From Clostridia bacterium (GTDB lineage: Bacteria > Bacillota > Clostridia > TANB77 > CAG-465), in NCBI GenBank assembly GCA_900772475.1, contig CAAHEI010000105.1:13393-77392 (forward strand): 64,000 nucleotides of DNA, given 5' to 3'. A program made the translations under genes and the position numbers. Below are positions 23,500 through 33,738 of the stretch, piece after piece. Position 1 is the stretch's first letter, and every line of letters begins with the position of its first letter. The notes below the pieces were generated by a model. It was not told the origin of the DNA, ran no database searches, and saw only the letters and a program-made list of their open reading frames with translations.

Positions 23500-25417
23500 A
23501 GATAAAACTTTTGCTATAGAAGAACAAAAAAACAGCATTGATTTGCTTTATGATGATGATGATATTTCCATTGCTTCGATAGATTTGTTTCATATAGACA
23601 GTGAAGATGAGTGCAATAGAAACAAATGTAACATTTCTATGGCTACTGCTCAAAAGTCTTTACAAAGTATTATAAATAAACCGATTATTGCTAGGTTTAA
23701 TTCTGTATGCAAAGATTTTGTAACTGATGTAACAGAGCATGCAAGAAACGAAAACGAAGCATTTAATATGAGAGTAGTTGGAACAATTCCAAGTGACAGT
23801 AGGATTAACTTTATCACAAGAGAAAATGGCAAAACTTATTGCAATGCGGAAGCGATTATTTATAAAAAATATGTTCCACAACTTACAGATATTTTGAAGA
23901 AAAACGATGGGAATTTAAAAGTTTCTATAGAAATAAGAGCAAATGGTAAAGATAATGAAGATGGTGTTTTCGTCATCGATGAGTTTGTTTTGCAAGGAGT
24001 AACATTATTATCTCCTAAAGTACCTGAGGGAATTGAAGGCAGTCATTTGGAAGTATTGAAATTTTCAAAGCAAGATGAAGATTTGCTTAATGAGAGATAT
24101 TTACAATTTTCTCAATCTAAAGAGAGTAATCGAAATATTTTCGATGAAATAAAAAACAAAATAAAAAAGGAGGAAATAGAAATCTTGAATAGTTTAGGTG
24201 TAAATGACCTTCGTGAAAAAATCTGGAATGATTTAGATAAATACACTTATCATGATGGAGAATGGGAAGGTAAAAAATATTATGTAGAAGAAATTTATCT
24301 TGATGATAAAGAAATTGTTATTAGAGATAATGAAACTGCAAAATATTACAAGGTTCCATATTCGGTAGATAATGGTGATGTGAAAGTCGATGTAACTTCA
24401 AAAACAGAAGTAGAAAAAGGCTGGCACGAAAGACCATTAGATAACAAAAGATTTTCATTAATTTTTGCAAAAGAAGAATATGGTACTGGCGAAAAAATTA
24501 AAGTAGACAAATCAAAAGAAGCCGTAAGCGATAAGGCTTGGGGTGATGTAGATAAAACTGAGTTGAGACATAAAGTACTACAAGCAAAAAATTATAAAAC
24601 TTTAGTACATGATGTCTATGCTGAAGTTGAGGATGGTTGGGAAGATGCTCCTAGTGAGAAACTTAAATACCCAATTATGCTTATCGAAGGTGATACTGCA
24701 GTTTATGCAAGATATGGTCTTGCCTCTGCTCTTGGTTATGCTAAGAAAGAGAATAATACTTCGGTTGTTAATAAGGTTGAAAAACTTTATAAAACAATAA
24801 ATATTGAAGAAAAGGAGGAAAAGATGGACGGCGAAAAAGAACTTCAGAATAAAATCGACAAAGATAATCCTGAAATAGAAAAAATCAAAGATGATGCTGA
24901 TGCGATTGAAGATGACAAAAAAGAAAAACTTCGCAAAAAAGATGAAGTTAAAAATGCCGTAGTTGATGCTCCAGAAAATGATAAGTTGAAAGACGACATC
25001 GATTCGGACAAAGACTATTGGAAAAAGAAATATTCAGAACTTGAAGAAAGTTTTAAGAATATGGAAACCGAGTTTTCAGCTTGCAAAGAAGAACTTCAAA
25101 CCTATAAAGCGAAAGAAGATAAAGAATCTATGAAAGCATACTTACATTCTTATAGAAAATGCTTTAATGAAGAAGATTTGAAAGTTATGGCTAGCAAGAT
25201 TGAAAATGCTCAAAGATGTGAGTTCGAAAAAGAAGTCGATGACAAAGTTAAAGAGTTTGTTAGAAAGATGTCAGAATGTGATGATCACGATGATGACACT
25301 GAGGAAAAAGAGTTTAAAAATTCTTTTGGATTTATGGCAAACACAAATAGTTTAAATATGGTTTCAAATGAAACTGAAGATGAATTAGAAAAAATTACAA
25401 AAAAATATAAAAATTAA
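23492..25417 (+). CDS. putative prohead protease / scaffold fusion protein
   Basis: The N-terminal region (SLQSIINKPIIARFN...H...VGTIP...AEAII) loosely resembles the HK97-type prohead protease core. The C-terminal roughly 200 aa are a K/E/D-rich coiled coil typical of scaffolds. It sits between the portal and the capsid genes. Confidence 0.4.
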   Translation: MSKDKTFAIEEQKNSIDLLYDDDDISIASIDLFHIDSEDECNRNKCNISMATAQKSLQSIINKPIIARFNSVCKDFVTDVTEHARNENEAFNMRVVGTIPSDSRINFITRENGKTYCNAEAIIYKKYVPQLTDILKKNDGNLKVSIEIRANGKDNEDGVFVIDEFVLQGVTLLSPKVPEGIEGSHLEVLKFSKQDEDLLNERYLQFSQSKESNRNIFDEIKNKIKKEEIEILNSLGVNDLREKIWNDLDKYTYHDGEWEGKKYYVEEIYLDDKEIVIRDNETAKYYKVPYSVDNGDVKVDVTSKTEVEKGWHERPLDNKRFSLIFAKEEYGTGEKIKVDKSKEAVSDKAWGDVDKTELRHKVLQAKNYKTLVHDVYAEVEDGWEDAPSEKLKYPIMLIEGDTAVYARYGLASALGYAKKENNTSVVNKVEKLYKTINIEEKEEKMDGEKELQNKIDKDNPEIEKIKDDADAIEDDKKEKLRKKDEVKNAVVDAPENDKLKDDIDSDKDYWKKKYSELEESFKNMETEFSACKEELQTYKAKEDKESMKAYLHSYRKCFNEEDLKVMASKIENAQRCEFEKEVDDKVKEFVRKMSECDDHDDDTEEKEFKNSFGFMANTNSLNMVSNETEDELEKITKKYKN

Positions 25418-25431
25418 AAAGGAGAAGAAAT

Positions 25432-25989
25432 ATGGCAAAAAATTATATTTCACAAGTTATTACACCAAAAGTTGCTTCTGAACATATTACAAAAGTAACT
25501 GTGCCAACTGGTGGCTTAATACCAGGACAAGTTGTTATTGCCGAAACACTTGACAATACAATAGCATACAATCACGAAGTTTACACTGCAACACAACCAG
25601 CAACTGCAAAATTGGGTAGCAATATGGTTGCAATCATTGTAAATGATGGATTTGAAACTTTAGCAGATGGTCGTAGACCAGCAGGTCAACCAAATTATTA
25701 TGGTTACACATTCAAAGTTGGCGAAACTGCAACTGCTATCTTCCTTGATAGACACTTAGTATTTACAATCGGTAAAGATTGCTTAGATACTGCAACTGCA
25801 AGCAATGCTGCCGTAGGTAAATTCCTATACCCAGTAGATGGTTCTAACAATTTAACAGTTGGTGATTCTATCCCAGCAGGTACTGCTATGGGCCTTAAAA
25901 TTATAGCAACAAAAGATATTCCAGTGGGCGGAAACATAGACGCAAGCAATACAGGTTTTGCTACAGCATATGTTTGCGTTGCACAATAA
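25432..25989 (+). CDS. capsid decoration / auxiliary head protein (paralogue of 17618..18415)
   Basis: 185 aa, immediately upstream of the major capsid gene, with a strong RBS. Its paralogy to 17618..18415 was read directly from the translations. Confidence 0.5.
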   Translation: MAKNYISQVITPKVASEHITKVTVPTGGLIPGQVVIAETLDNTIAYNHEVYTATQPATAKLGSNMVAIIVNDGFETLADGRRPAGQPNYYGYTFKVGETATAIFLDRHLVFTIGKDCLDTATASNAAVGKFLYPVDGSNNLTVGDSIPAGTAMGLKIIATKDIPVGGNIDASNTGFATAYVCVAQ

Positions 25990-26007
25990 TAGGAGGAGTT
26001 TGATATT

Positions 26008-27135
26008 ATGGCAAAAAAAATAATGAAAGAATTTTTATTCGCAGAAAATGATATGAACGATGTTGAAACAATCGTTAAAAATTTTGCCGAAGTTGGTGCA
26101 GCCGCAACATATAGAGATTTCGGTTCACACGGCATTATTGAAGAAGTAAAATTAGATAATTACAAAGAAAGAGAACAAAAAGTTAAAGAAGCAACTGTTG
26201 CTTTTGCTGCTGCTAGAGCAGGTATTCGTTGCCCTAAAACTGCAACTGAAGTTGCTTATGCTTTAGACAATACAACTTTTAGAGATATTTTAAATACTAT
26301 TATGGTTAGAACACTTGGAACTATGATGGTAACTTATGAATCACCACAACTTAATGCTCTTGTAGAAGTACAACCAGTTGAAGTTGGAAATTCATTCACT
26401 TATGAAATTGATACAAAAGCATTACCTGTTGCACAAAGAGCAACTTATGGCTCAAATGTAACAATGGTTCCATCTTATGCTATTGGTTCTAAAACTTTAA
26501 AACCAGTACCATATTCAATTGGTATTTCACTTGACTATATTAGAATAATCGCTAATGGTTATGATTGGGGTAAAGCAATTGCTAGAGTTTATGCTGGTAT
26601 GTTGTTTGCACAATATAATGAAGTTGTTGGCGTATTATTTAATATGAATGCATTAAATGGTACTCCATTCTACAATGCTACTTTCTCTGCTGCTACTTAT
26701 GTACAACTTGCAGAAGATGTTAAAATGTTGAATGGTGGAGCAGGTGTAACTGCTTATGGTACTCTTGTTGCTTGGCAAACAATTTCTGCTCTTGCTACAC
26801 AAGGTGGTTTCACAACTAAAGATGAATATATTAAAAATGCATTCTTACAAAAAATTTATGGTGTAGATTCTATGGTACTAGACCAATTCACTAACTATGC
26901 TGCTCCATTTACAACTGCAAATGCTGCAAGTTTAAGAGCAATTCCTAATAACTTAATCGTATTGCTTTCTTCAACTGACAAACCAGTTAAACTTGCTCGT
27001 GAAAACTATATTAGAGTAATTGAAACACCAGCAAACGATAATACTTTGAATAGAAATGAATACTCATTCTTCCAAGCATTTGATGCTGATATTGCAACTG
27101 CATCACAATATGGTTTACAAAATACTCAAGCGTAA
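26008..27135 (+). CDS. major capsid protein
   Basis: 375 aa with a GGAGGAG RBS, positioned after the scaffold and decoration genes and followed by the strongest terminator in the window. Confidence 0.7.
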   Translation: MAKKIMKEFLFAENDMNDVETIVKNFAEVGAAATYRDFGSHGIIEEVKLDNYKEREQKVKEATVAFAAARAGIRCPKTATEVAYALDNTTFRDILNTIMVRTLGTMMVTYESPQLNALVEVQPVEVGNSFTYEIDTKALPVAQRATYGSNVTMVPSYAIGSKTLKPVPYSIGISLDYIRIIANGYDWGKAIARVYAGMLFAQYNEVVGVLFNMNALNGTPFYNATFSAATYVQLAEDVKMLNGGAGVTAYGTLVAWQTISALATQGGFTTKDEYIKNAFLQKIYGVDSMVLDQFTNYAAPFTTANAASLRAIPNNLIVLLSSTDKPVKLARENYIRVIETPANDNTLNRNEYSFFQAFDADIATASQYGLQNTQA

Positions 27136-27178
27136 TTGCTTATAGGCCACAAATTAAGTGGTAAATTTCATTAAATTT

Positions 27179-27217
27179 GGGCATAGACTTTAAATGTGGT
27201 TTATGCCCATTTTTTTG
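27179..27217 (+). terminator. rho-independent terminator after the capsid gene
   Basis: GGGCATAGAC ... GTTTATGCCC is a stem of about 10 bp followed by ATTTTTTT. Confidence 0.75.
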
Positions 27218-27269
27218 AAACAACATTTTATAGAAAAAATTTTTATTATTGAAAGGAGAAAATTCCATT

Positions 27270-28022
27270 ATGGCAACACAAATTAAAAAAAATAATGTAG
27301 AAAAAACTGCTGATGTAAAAAATGAGGAAAAAGTAGAAAAAGTAGTTACTGAAACTAATTTGGCTACTGAAAATGAAATAAAACAACTTCGTGAAGAAAA
27401 CGAACAAAAAACAAATGCAATAAACGATTTATCAAAACAAATCGCAACAATGCAAGAGTTAGTTAATAAGTTAATGGCAAGCCAACTTGATAATCCAAAG
27501 AAAGAAGAAGTTGATAAAGGTGATGTTCTTATAGGGTGTCGTTTTATCAATGGTGCTGCTATGGCAACAAATGATAATAGATTGGTTTGTAAATTCGATT
27601 GTGATGAAGAAAAATATGTTCCAGTCGAAGATTTTAAAAGGTATCTTAATGAGGCAAATAGAAATTTGAGAAATCTTTTTGAGATTGATGGTTTCTATTT
27701 TGTTGACCCTAAAGATTATGATAAATTTAAGATTAGAAAAAGACTAGATTTATCACACGAAAAAATTAAAGAAATTGTTTTCACAAAATCATTGACAGAT
27801 ATGATTGATAAAGTTAATTTATTGACAAACAATAAAAATGATTTTAATGCTTTGCATTTATTCCAATACGAAATTTGTAAAATGCTTGTGGACCCAAGTA
27901 GCCCACTTGCTGGTTGGAATTATGAGAACAGGATACATCTCGAAGATTACATCGGTATTAAATTTGATGAATTATTGGCACGACTTAGTGCGAGAAGTTT
28001 GGCTGCAAAAAACAGAAAATAA
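27270..28022 (+). CDS. hypothetical head-associated protein (N-terminal coiled coil)
   Basis: ORF track, with the start moved to ATG 27270 (AAAGGAG 9 nt upstream). Confidence 0.6.
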   Translation: MATQIKKNNVEKTADVKNEEKVEKVVTETNLATENEIKQLREENEQKTNAINDLSKQIATMQELVNKLMASQLDNPKKEEVDKGDVLIGCRFINGAAMATNDNRLVCKFDCDEEKYVPVEDFKRYLNEANRNLRNLFEIDGFYFVDPKDYDKFKIRKRLDLSHEKIKEIVFTKSLTDMIDKVNLLTNNKNDFNALHLFQYEICKMLVDPSSPLAGWNYENRIHLEDYIGIKFDELLARLSARSLAAKNRK

Positions 28023-28037
28023 TAAAAGGAGACCCCT

Positions 28038-28484
28038 ATGGCAACTACATTTAGTGATATTATAGATATTGCTTTGATAACGATACAAGATTACAAACTA
28101 AACAACTTGTATCAAACAAATCCAGCAGATTTTCAGACTATAACAAATGCCTTTTTGCTACGTGGGCTTCCACAATTTACAAATTGTAAAACACCTTTAA
28201 CTTATGATATGACTACTCAATCTTTCACTAATACATTAACACCTTTGGAAATAAGTATTTTGGCTGATTTATGGGTATATGAATGGTTTGAATGGCACGT
28301 TCAAAATGTAACTCAATTTGAGAACAAAATGACACCGTCAGATTTTAAACATTACTCAGAAGCAGAAAACTTAAAACAAAAGTCGGAATATTTGGATAGA
28401 TTAAGAGAAAAGCATAGCCAGAAGATGGTTGATTATGGCTTGCTTAATGTTGATTGGGCAACTTGGGGAAATGGAAATTTTTAA
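28038..28484 (+). CDS. putative head-tail connector/adaptor protein
   Basis: Positional call only. AAAGGAG RBS. Confidence 0.45.
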   Translation: MATTFSDIIDIALITIQDYKLNNLYQTNPADFQTITNAFLLRGLPQFTNCKTPLTYDMTTQSFTNTLTPLEISILADLWVYEWFEWHVQNVTQFENKMTPSDFKHYSEAENLKQKSEYLDRLREKHSQKMVDYGLLNVDWATWGNGNF

Positions 28485-28491
28485 ACATAGG

Positions 28492-28796
28492 ACCTTTAGA
28501 AAATATCTAAAAACATAGAAAAATATATGATAAAGTAGATGCTTGGCCTTTATTACATAGATTTTCTAACAGGTTTCAAGCCTTAGTGATTGTCAATATT
28601 GAAAAATATTTGGCTGATATGAACTGCATTGAGAGAAAAAGTTAAAGACATACCTTTAGATGTTATCTCCAGTCTGAAGCTCTATGAACTCCAACCAAGA
28701 AACATATCTAACATCTTGATATGATAACAGGGAAAAGTAAGAACTCCTCTTGATTTGGGCAAGGAGAAAATACTCCGTAAAAGGAAGGTGACAGAG
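28492..28796 (+). ncRNA. putative omega-RNA (HEARO-type) of IscB
   Basis: A 300-nt ORF-free leader sits directly 5' of iscB on the same strand, where IscB omega-RNAs lie. Stems seen include AGATGTTA (28660s) with TAACATCT (28710s), 8 bp, and CTCCT/AGGAG and GGAG/CTCC around the RBS. The boundaries are not determined. Confidence 0.45.
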
Positions 28797-30062
28797 ATGT
28801 TGCAAAAACAAGAATATGCGTTAGTATTGGATAGTGATGGGAATAAACTTGCTCCAACTAAAGTACAGAAGGCTTGGTTCTTAATAAGAAAGAAACGAGC
28901 AAAACTAATTCAAAGGTATCCTATGGTTATTCAATTAACCAAAAAAGTGAATATGATAAAAGATGGCACAACTCTAGAATGTGGAATTGATGATGGTTCT
29001 AAATATGTTGGCATTGCATTAGTGCAAAAGTGTAAAACTAAAAACAAAGTTTTCTTCAAAGGGACTATTGAATTAAGACAAGATGTTAAAAAGAAAATGG
29101 ATATCCGTAGAGAATATCGTAGATATAGAAGGAGTCATAAACATTATAGACCAGCAAGATTTAATAATCGTGTTTCTATGATAAAGAAAGGACTGCCCCC
29201 ACCAAGTATTAAACAAAAGAAAGACTCAATAATTAGAGTTGTAAATAGTTTAAACAAATTTGTCAATATTGATAATATCCATTTAGAAGATGTAAAAATT
29301 AATATTAGAGAAATGGTTGAAGGCAAGAAACTTTATGGTGATGAATATAATATTCCAAATAAAGAAAATGCCAATCTAAGAATAGCGACTTTGATTAGAG
29401 ATAATTATACTTGTCAAGAGTGTAGCAAAAAAACAAATTTGGAAGTTCACCATATAATTCCTAGAAGTAAAAATGGTTCTAATAGTATTTATAATACAAT
29501 AACATTATGTGCGGATTGTCATCAAAAGACAGAAGGTAAAGAATTTTTATTCGCTGGTAAATATTTAAGGCAAATAGGAAGTGATTTTCTTAAAGGTCTT
29601 AATTATGCACAACACGTAATGCAAGGCAAGAAGTATTTAAGGGCTAGATTGAGAGAAATTGTAAACTTGGACACAACCGATGGTTTAACAACTTCAGAAA
29701 GAAGGGAAATGTGGGGTATAGACAAATCTCATAGTAATGATGCAGTTTGCATCACAGGATTAAAACCTAATGACATAGAAATTACTGAATATACTATAAT
29801 TCCACAAAGAAGAAAGAGTAAAGCTAAAAGTAAAGGGTTAAATGGGTTTAAACATCGTGATATAGTTACATATCATCACACAAATAACATAGATTATATT
29901 GGTAACATCACCGCAATTTATACTGATGGAACAAATACATTGAATGTAAAAACCAAAGAAAAACATTTTAAAAGAGTTTCTTACAAAAGATGTAAATTAT
30001 TTTATAGGTTTGATAAAATTTGGTGGTTACAAGATAAATTTATACAATTTTATATAATTTAG
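28797..30062 (+). CDS. iscB: IscB RNA-guided nuclease (PLMP - RuvC-I - Arg-rich bridge helix - RuvC-II - HNH - RuvC-III - C-terminal TAM-interaction-like domain)
   Basis: N-terminal ALVLDSDGNKLAPT...YPMVIQL (PLMP-like). CGIDDGSKYVGIAL (RuvC-I Asp). REYRRYRRSHKHYRPARFNNR (bridge helix). IHLEDVKINI (RuvC-II Glu). CQECSKKTNLEVHHIIPRSKNGSNSIYNTITLCADCHQKT (HNH). KSHSNDAVCI (RuvC-III His/Asp). GFKHRDIV... C-terminal domain. The start is taken at ATG 28797 (AGGAAGGTG RBS). Confidence 0.85.
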   Translation: MLQKQEYALVLDSDGNKLAPTKVQKAWFLIRKKRAKLIQRYPMVIQLTKKVNMIKDGTTLECGIDDGSKYVGIALVQKCKTKNKVFFKGTIELRQDVKKKMDIRREYRRYRRSHKHYRPARFNNRVSMIKKGLPPPSIKQKKDSIIRVVNSLNKFVNIDNIHLEDVKINIREMVEGKKLYGDEYNIPNKENANLRIATLIRDNYTCQECSKKTNLEVHHIIPRSKNGSNSIYNTITLCADCHQKTEGKEFLFAGKYLRQIGSDFLKGLNYAQHVMQGKKYLRARLREIVNLDTTDGLTTSERREMWGIDKSHSNDAVCITGLKPNDIEITEYTIIPQRRKSKAKSKGLNGFKHRDIVTYHHTNNIDYIGNITAIYTDGTNTLNVKTKEKHFKRVSYKRCKLFYRFDKIWWLQDKFIQFYII

Positions 30063-30076
30063 ATAGGGGGGATATT

Positions 30077-31180
30077 ATGGCATTAGAATACTATAAGGCA
30101 TATTTAAACTCTATGGCCCAAGACCCAGTAACTTATTGGCGAGAATTAAGGCAAGAAGCAACTAATGATGTTTGGTTAGATACTTCAACTGTAGAAACAG
30201 TTCAAGGCCAAACAAGTTTAGGTGCTATATCTTATGGACCAGAAAGTGTACAAGTCAACTCTGTGATAGACCCTAAGACAGGGAAACCATTTGGTGATGA
30301 TTATAGAAAAATAATTTATAAAAATTTATTTGATAATAAATTGCCACCAAGTATTATTCCGGCATCTCAATTTTTAGTTAATTCTGTTGGCGGTATTGAA
30401 TTGTATAGATTTGAAACTATTGATGGAAAAGATTTCTTAGTTAGAAATAGCAACAGATTTATGGGTAAATACTATAAATTTGATGGCATAACTTGGCTTA
30501 CAATAAATACAAATACTATCATTGGTTCTAGTGCTAGTGCAATTTTGCAGAGATGTAACAATTGGCTTAAGTGGTATGACAAAAATAATGTTTTACATCA
30601 ATGGGAATGCGTGTTTGAAAGAAGTTTATCTTCTACTCGATTTGATTATGGTAGCGAAGGTGTCGCAGAAGTTGGCTCTGATACTCTTATTAGAGTTCAA
30701 CGAAATGCCGAAACCGAATTAATACCTTTCAACCAAAGATTTATTTTTGATGGGCATGCTTTTCAAGTTAAACAAATAAATAATCACATAAGTGATACTT
30801 ATATGGAATTGTACCTATTTGAAACTCAAATTCAGTCTAATGATGATTTGGTAAATAATATTGCAAATAGTGATGGAGAAATAAAACCCACAACAAATGA
30901 AACATTAATAACACCGGATGTAAACAAAATTTTACAAGGCGAAACTCAAAAGTTTTCGGTATATAATTATATTAATGGAGTTCCTAGTCCTTCGACTTAT
31001 AAAGTTGATGTGTTAGGGGGCTCTGCTAATGTAAATTATACATTAACAATAATTGACGGAAATAATTTCTCTATAACAAATATTTTGCAAAGCAATTCAC
31101 CATTAACGATTGTATGTACAAATACTCAAGATTCTAGCGATATTGTATCTATAAATATTGTATTAGGGGGATTGTGGTAA
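30077..31180 (+). CDS. structural protein with C-terminal Ig-like domain
   Basis: ORF track. GGGGGGA RBS. The C-terminal roughly 90 aa look like a beta-rich Ig-like domain (ETQKFSVYNY...YTLTIIDGNNFSITN). Confidence 0.6.
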   Translation: MALEYYKAYLNSMAQDPVTYWRELRQEATNDVWLDTSTVETVQGQTSLGAISYGPESVQVNSVIDPKTGKPFGDDYRKIIYKNLFDNKLPPSIIPASQFLVNSVGGIELYRFETIDGKDFLVRNSNRFMGKYYKFDGITWLTINTNTIIGSSASAILQRCNNWLKWYDKNNVLHQWECVFERSLSSTRFDYGSEGVAEVGSDTLIRVQRNAETELIPFNQRFIFDGHAFQVKQINNHISDTYMELYLFETQIQSNDDLVNNIANSDGEIKPTTNETLITPDVNKILQGETQKFSVYNYINGVPSPSTYKVDVLGGSANVNYTLTIIDGNNFSITNILQSNSPLTIVCTNTQDSSDIVSINIVLGGLW

Positions 31181-31764
31181 TGGAAATTTGCGAGAATGAA
31201 TATAATAAATTTCAACAAGTAGATGTTGCCACAAAAACTATAGTAGATTATTTATTATTAAATAATGAAGATTTGTGGAAACTTTTGTATTATATAAAAC
31301 CAAACGAATTGCCTTTGTCTAGCCCAAATTTGACTAGAGCACAAAAGGCAGCAATGATTTGTACAGACCCATATGCGACAAATGAAAATGTTGATAAAAA
31401 CATTCTATTTCAAACTGTAACTGACGAAGCATTTAGCACTGCTATTCCTCAAATAAGAATAGAAATTGGTGACATTGTTCCATTGGATAGGGTTCGTGCT
31501 TATATGTATATAGATTTTCAAATAGTTGTTCCAAATAAACAAGACATTTTTACGGCTCCATATAATAGTGTTGCTCGTAGAAGTGATGCATTATTTAGGG
31601 AACTTGCAAAAACACTTAATGGGATTGATATACCTAATAGTGGATTTTATTCCAAAATGTTTTTAGATCGGTCTAGTAATGCTGGAAGAAAAACTGGTGC
31701 ATATAGGCAACAAATGAATCAAAACTTTACTGGCCGTTGGGTAACATTTTCAGTTCTTTTGTAA
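31180..31764 (+). CDS. hypothetical structural protein
   Basis: ORF track. ATG 31180 overlaps the upstream stop (TAATG). Confidence 0.6.
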   Translation: MEICENEYNKFQQVDVATKTIVDYLLLNNEDLWKLLYYIKPNELPLSSPNLTRAQKAAMICTDPYATNENVDKNILFQTVTDEAFSTAIPQIRIEIGDIVPLDRVRAYMYIDFQIVVPNKQDIFTAPYNSVARRSDALFRELAKTLNGIDIPNSGFYSKMFLDRSSNAGRKTGAYRQQMNQNFTGRWVTFSVLL

Positions 31765-31776
31765 TAGAGGTATACA

Positions 31777-32604
31777 ATGGACCTTAATAATTATGATAAA
31801 ATTGTAGAATTATACCATGCTATGAACGATAATAAAGAACTTTTAAAAGTTTTCTATGCTAATGATTATCCAGTGCCTTATAAAACTTTAACATTGTATC
31901 CTGTCCAAGTAGATTTGTATTATTATTTTCATTTATTAGTTCAATGCTTATTATTGCCACATAAAACGAGTGGTGATATAAAGGCAATTTCTTTGCCATA
32001 TTTAAAATATTTATTTTATTTGGCAACAGATAAAGAGCAACCTGAAGCAATTGCGTCTCTTGGAGAACTTCTTTTAATTGTTTTGAGAAAGCCAAAAACT
32101 TATAAAGATGAAAATGGGAATGAAAAATTTTCTATTTCATTTGAGTTGGATAAAGGAATTATTGATATTGAGGGTAAGAAATTTGATAGCAAAGATTTTG
32201 ATATTATAAAAAAAATAATATTAGAACAAAATGCAATTGAAGCACCCGATGAGACAATTCCACCAGAGTTGCTTAAAGCATATAAAGAACTTGAGGAATA
32301 CAAATTAAAACAAAGCAAAGTTAAAATGTGTTCATTTGAGGACCAAATAAATGTCATAGTCGCTCGTTCTTCTTATCGTAGAGACGAAGTTATGAAAATG
32401 ACAATTCGTTCGTTTTCAAGGCTTTTAGATCGTGTCGATAAAATAATGTCTTATGAAATAAATTCTTTATTGAAACCATATATGGATAAAAAGGACCAAG
32501 AAAATGTTGGTCACTATATGGCTGATACTGAAAAGTCATTAAAAGAAAGATGTGATGAAGCATTTATTGATATGGATTCATTGCATAAAAAAGTTGAAGG
32601 TTAA
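31777..32604 (+). CDS. hypothetical structural protein
   Basis: ORF track. Part of the structural operon. Confidence 0.6.
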   Translation: MDLNNYDKIVELYHAMNDNKELLKVFYANDYPVPYKTLTLYPVQVDLYYYFHLLVQCLLLPHKTSGDIKAISLPYLKYLFYLATDKEQPEAIASLGELLLIVLRKPKTYKDENGNEKFSISFELDKGIIDIEGKKFDSKDFDIIKKIILEQNAIEAPDETIPPELLKAYKELEEYKLKQSKVKMCSFEDQINVIVARSSYRRDEVMKMTIRSFSRLLDRVDKIMSYEINSLLKPYMDKKDQENVGHYMADTEKSLKERCDEAFIDMDSLHKKVEG

Positions 32605-32685
32605 AAAAGATATGTAAATTCGGGTTTTGTAGTTCCCTTACAAAAATTACAAACAAAAAATTAAAATTTTAAAGGAGAAAAGAAA

Positions 32686-33738
32686 ATGCGTAAAAGATTT
32701 TTAGTCTCTGTTGGTGAAGCAGTTGCTATGCAAGGTAACAATGTAATTTTTACTGCTAAAACACTTCTAGATTCTGGCATTACGGTTGAAACATCTAACC
32801 AAGAGATCAGAGGTGGGGTGGGTAACCAATTGCAAGCAGTTTATTACCATACTGGAACACTAAATGTAACATTAACTGATACTCAATTCAGACTTCCTTA
32901 TATTGCTTTAAATACTGGCTCTAAAATTGTAGCTGGTGGTAACATTTGGGCAAATGAAACAGTAACCCTTGTTGGTTCTACTGGTACTTTAAATGGAACC
33001 CCTGTATCTATTGATGGTCAACCACTATCAGTTTGGGTAGAAGATGGCGATGCCTATGCTACATTGCCAGTAACCTTAACTGGTAATAAATATACATTCT
33101 CAATTGCAAATACATCTATTCCTCAAAATAGTACAATTTGCGTAATGTATATGAATACTCAAAATTCAGCACAATCAATAACAATCCCAGCAAATATTGT
33201 TCCTGACAGAATTAGACTTTATATTACTGCAAACTTATATGGGGATGTAAGTGGAAGTGGATTCGTAGGAAAAGTACAAATTGAAATCCCAGTATGTCAA
33301 TTGGCAGGTTCTCAAGAAATTACTATGACTGCCGATGGATATAGTAATACCCCATTAACTGGTATGGCTCTTGCTTATAGTGATGGTTCTATTGGATGTT
33401 CTGCAGGTGCATATTATGCAAAAATCACGGAATATCTTGATGGTTCAGCATGGTATGATGGTGTTAGTGGACTTTCAATTGAAGGCGGCGATTTTAGTCT
33501 CAAAAATGGCGAAAGTTCTACATTAAGAGTGTGGGCTGTAAAAGGTAACACATCTTTCTTATGCGATAATGCAAAATTAACATTCACAAGTGGAACTGAA
33601 GGAACCGCAACTATTGGTGCCAATACCGGTATTGTAACAACTGTAGCTGCAGGAACTACATTATTAAAGGCGGTAATTACTGATAAAAATGAAATTGAAG
33701 CATCTTGTACTTTAACCGTGACAAATGATGGTGAATAA
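32686..33738 (+). CDS. major tail protein with C-terminal Big_2-like Ig domain
   Basis: AAAGGAG RBS. The C-terminus LTFTSGTEGTATIGANTGIVTTVAAGTTLLKAVITDKNEIEASCTLTV fits the Big_2 pattern. It lies upstream of the tape-measure region. Confidence 0.55.
   Translation: MRKRFLVSVGEAVAMQGNNVIFTAKTLLDSGITVETSNQEIRGGVGNQLQAVYYHTGTLNVTLTDTQFRLPYIALNTGSKIVAGGNIWANETVTLVGSTGTLNGTPVSIDGQPLSVWVEDGDAYATLPVTLTGNKYTFSIANTSIPQNSTICVMYMNTQNSAQSITIPANIVPDRIRLYITANLYGDVSGSGFVGKVQIEIPVCQLAGSQEITMTADGYSNTPLTGMALAYSDGSIGCSAGAYYAKITEYLDGSAWYDGVSGLSIEGGDFSLKNGESSTLRVWAVKGNTSFLCDNAKLTFTSGTEGTATIGANTGIVTTVAAGTTLLKAVITDKNEIEASCTLTVTNDGE

Larger units (their letters stand above)
28487..30067 (+). mobile_element. IscB-type (IS200/IS605-related, TnpA-less) insertion in an intergenic site of the structural operon
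   Basis: A 1.58-kb segment (non-coding leader plus iscB) lies between two structural genes. ATAGG is present at both borders (28487-28491 and 30063-30067). Deleting one copy plus the insert would leave TAAACATAGGGGGGATATTATG, a normal short spacer with an RBS for the downstream gene. Confidence 0.55.

Noticed and set aside
25704-27550. Antisense ORFs 25704..26135 and 27140..27550 opposite the decoration, capsid and downstream genes
   Set aside because: They are opposite strongly supported, RBS-preceded structural genes. 27140..27550 also runs through the capsid terminator. Long antisense ORFs of this kind are typical in biased-composition DNA.
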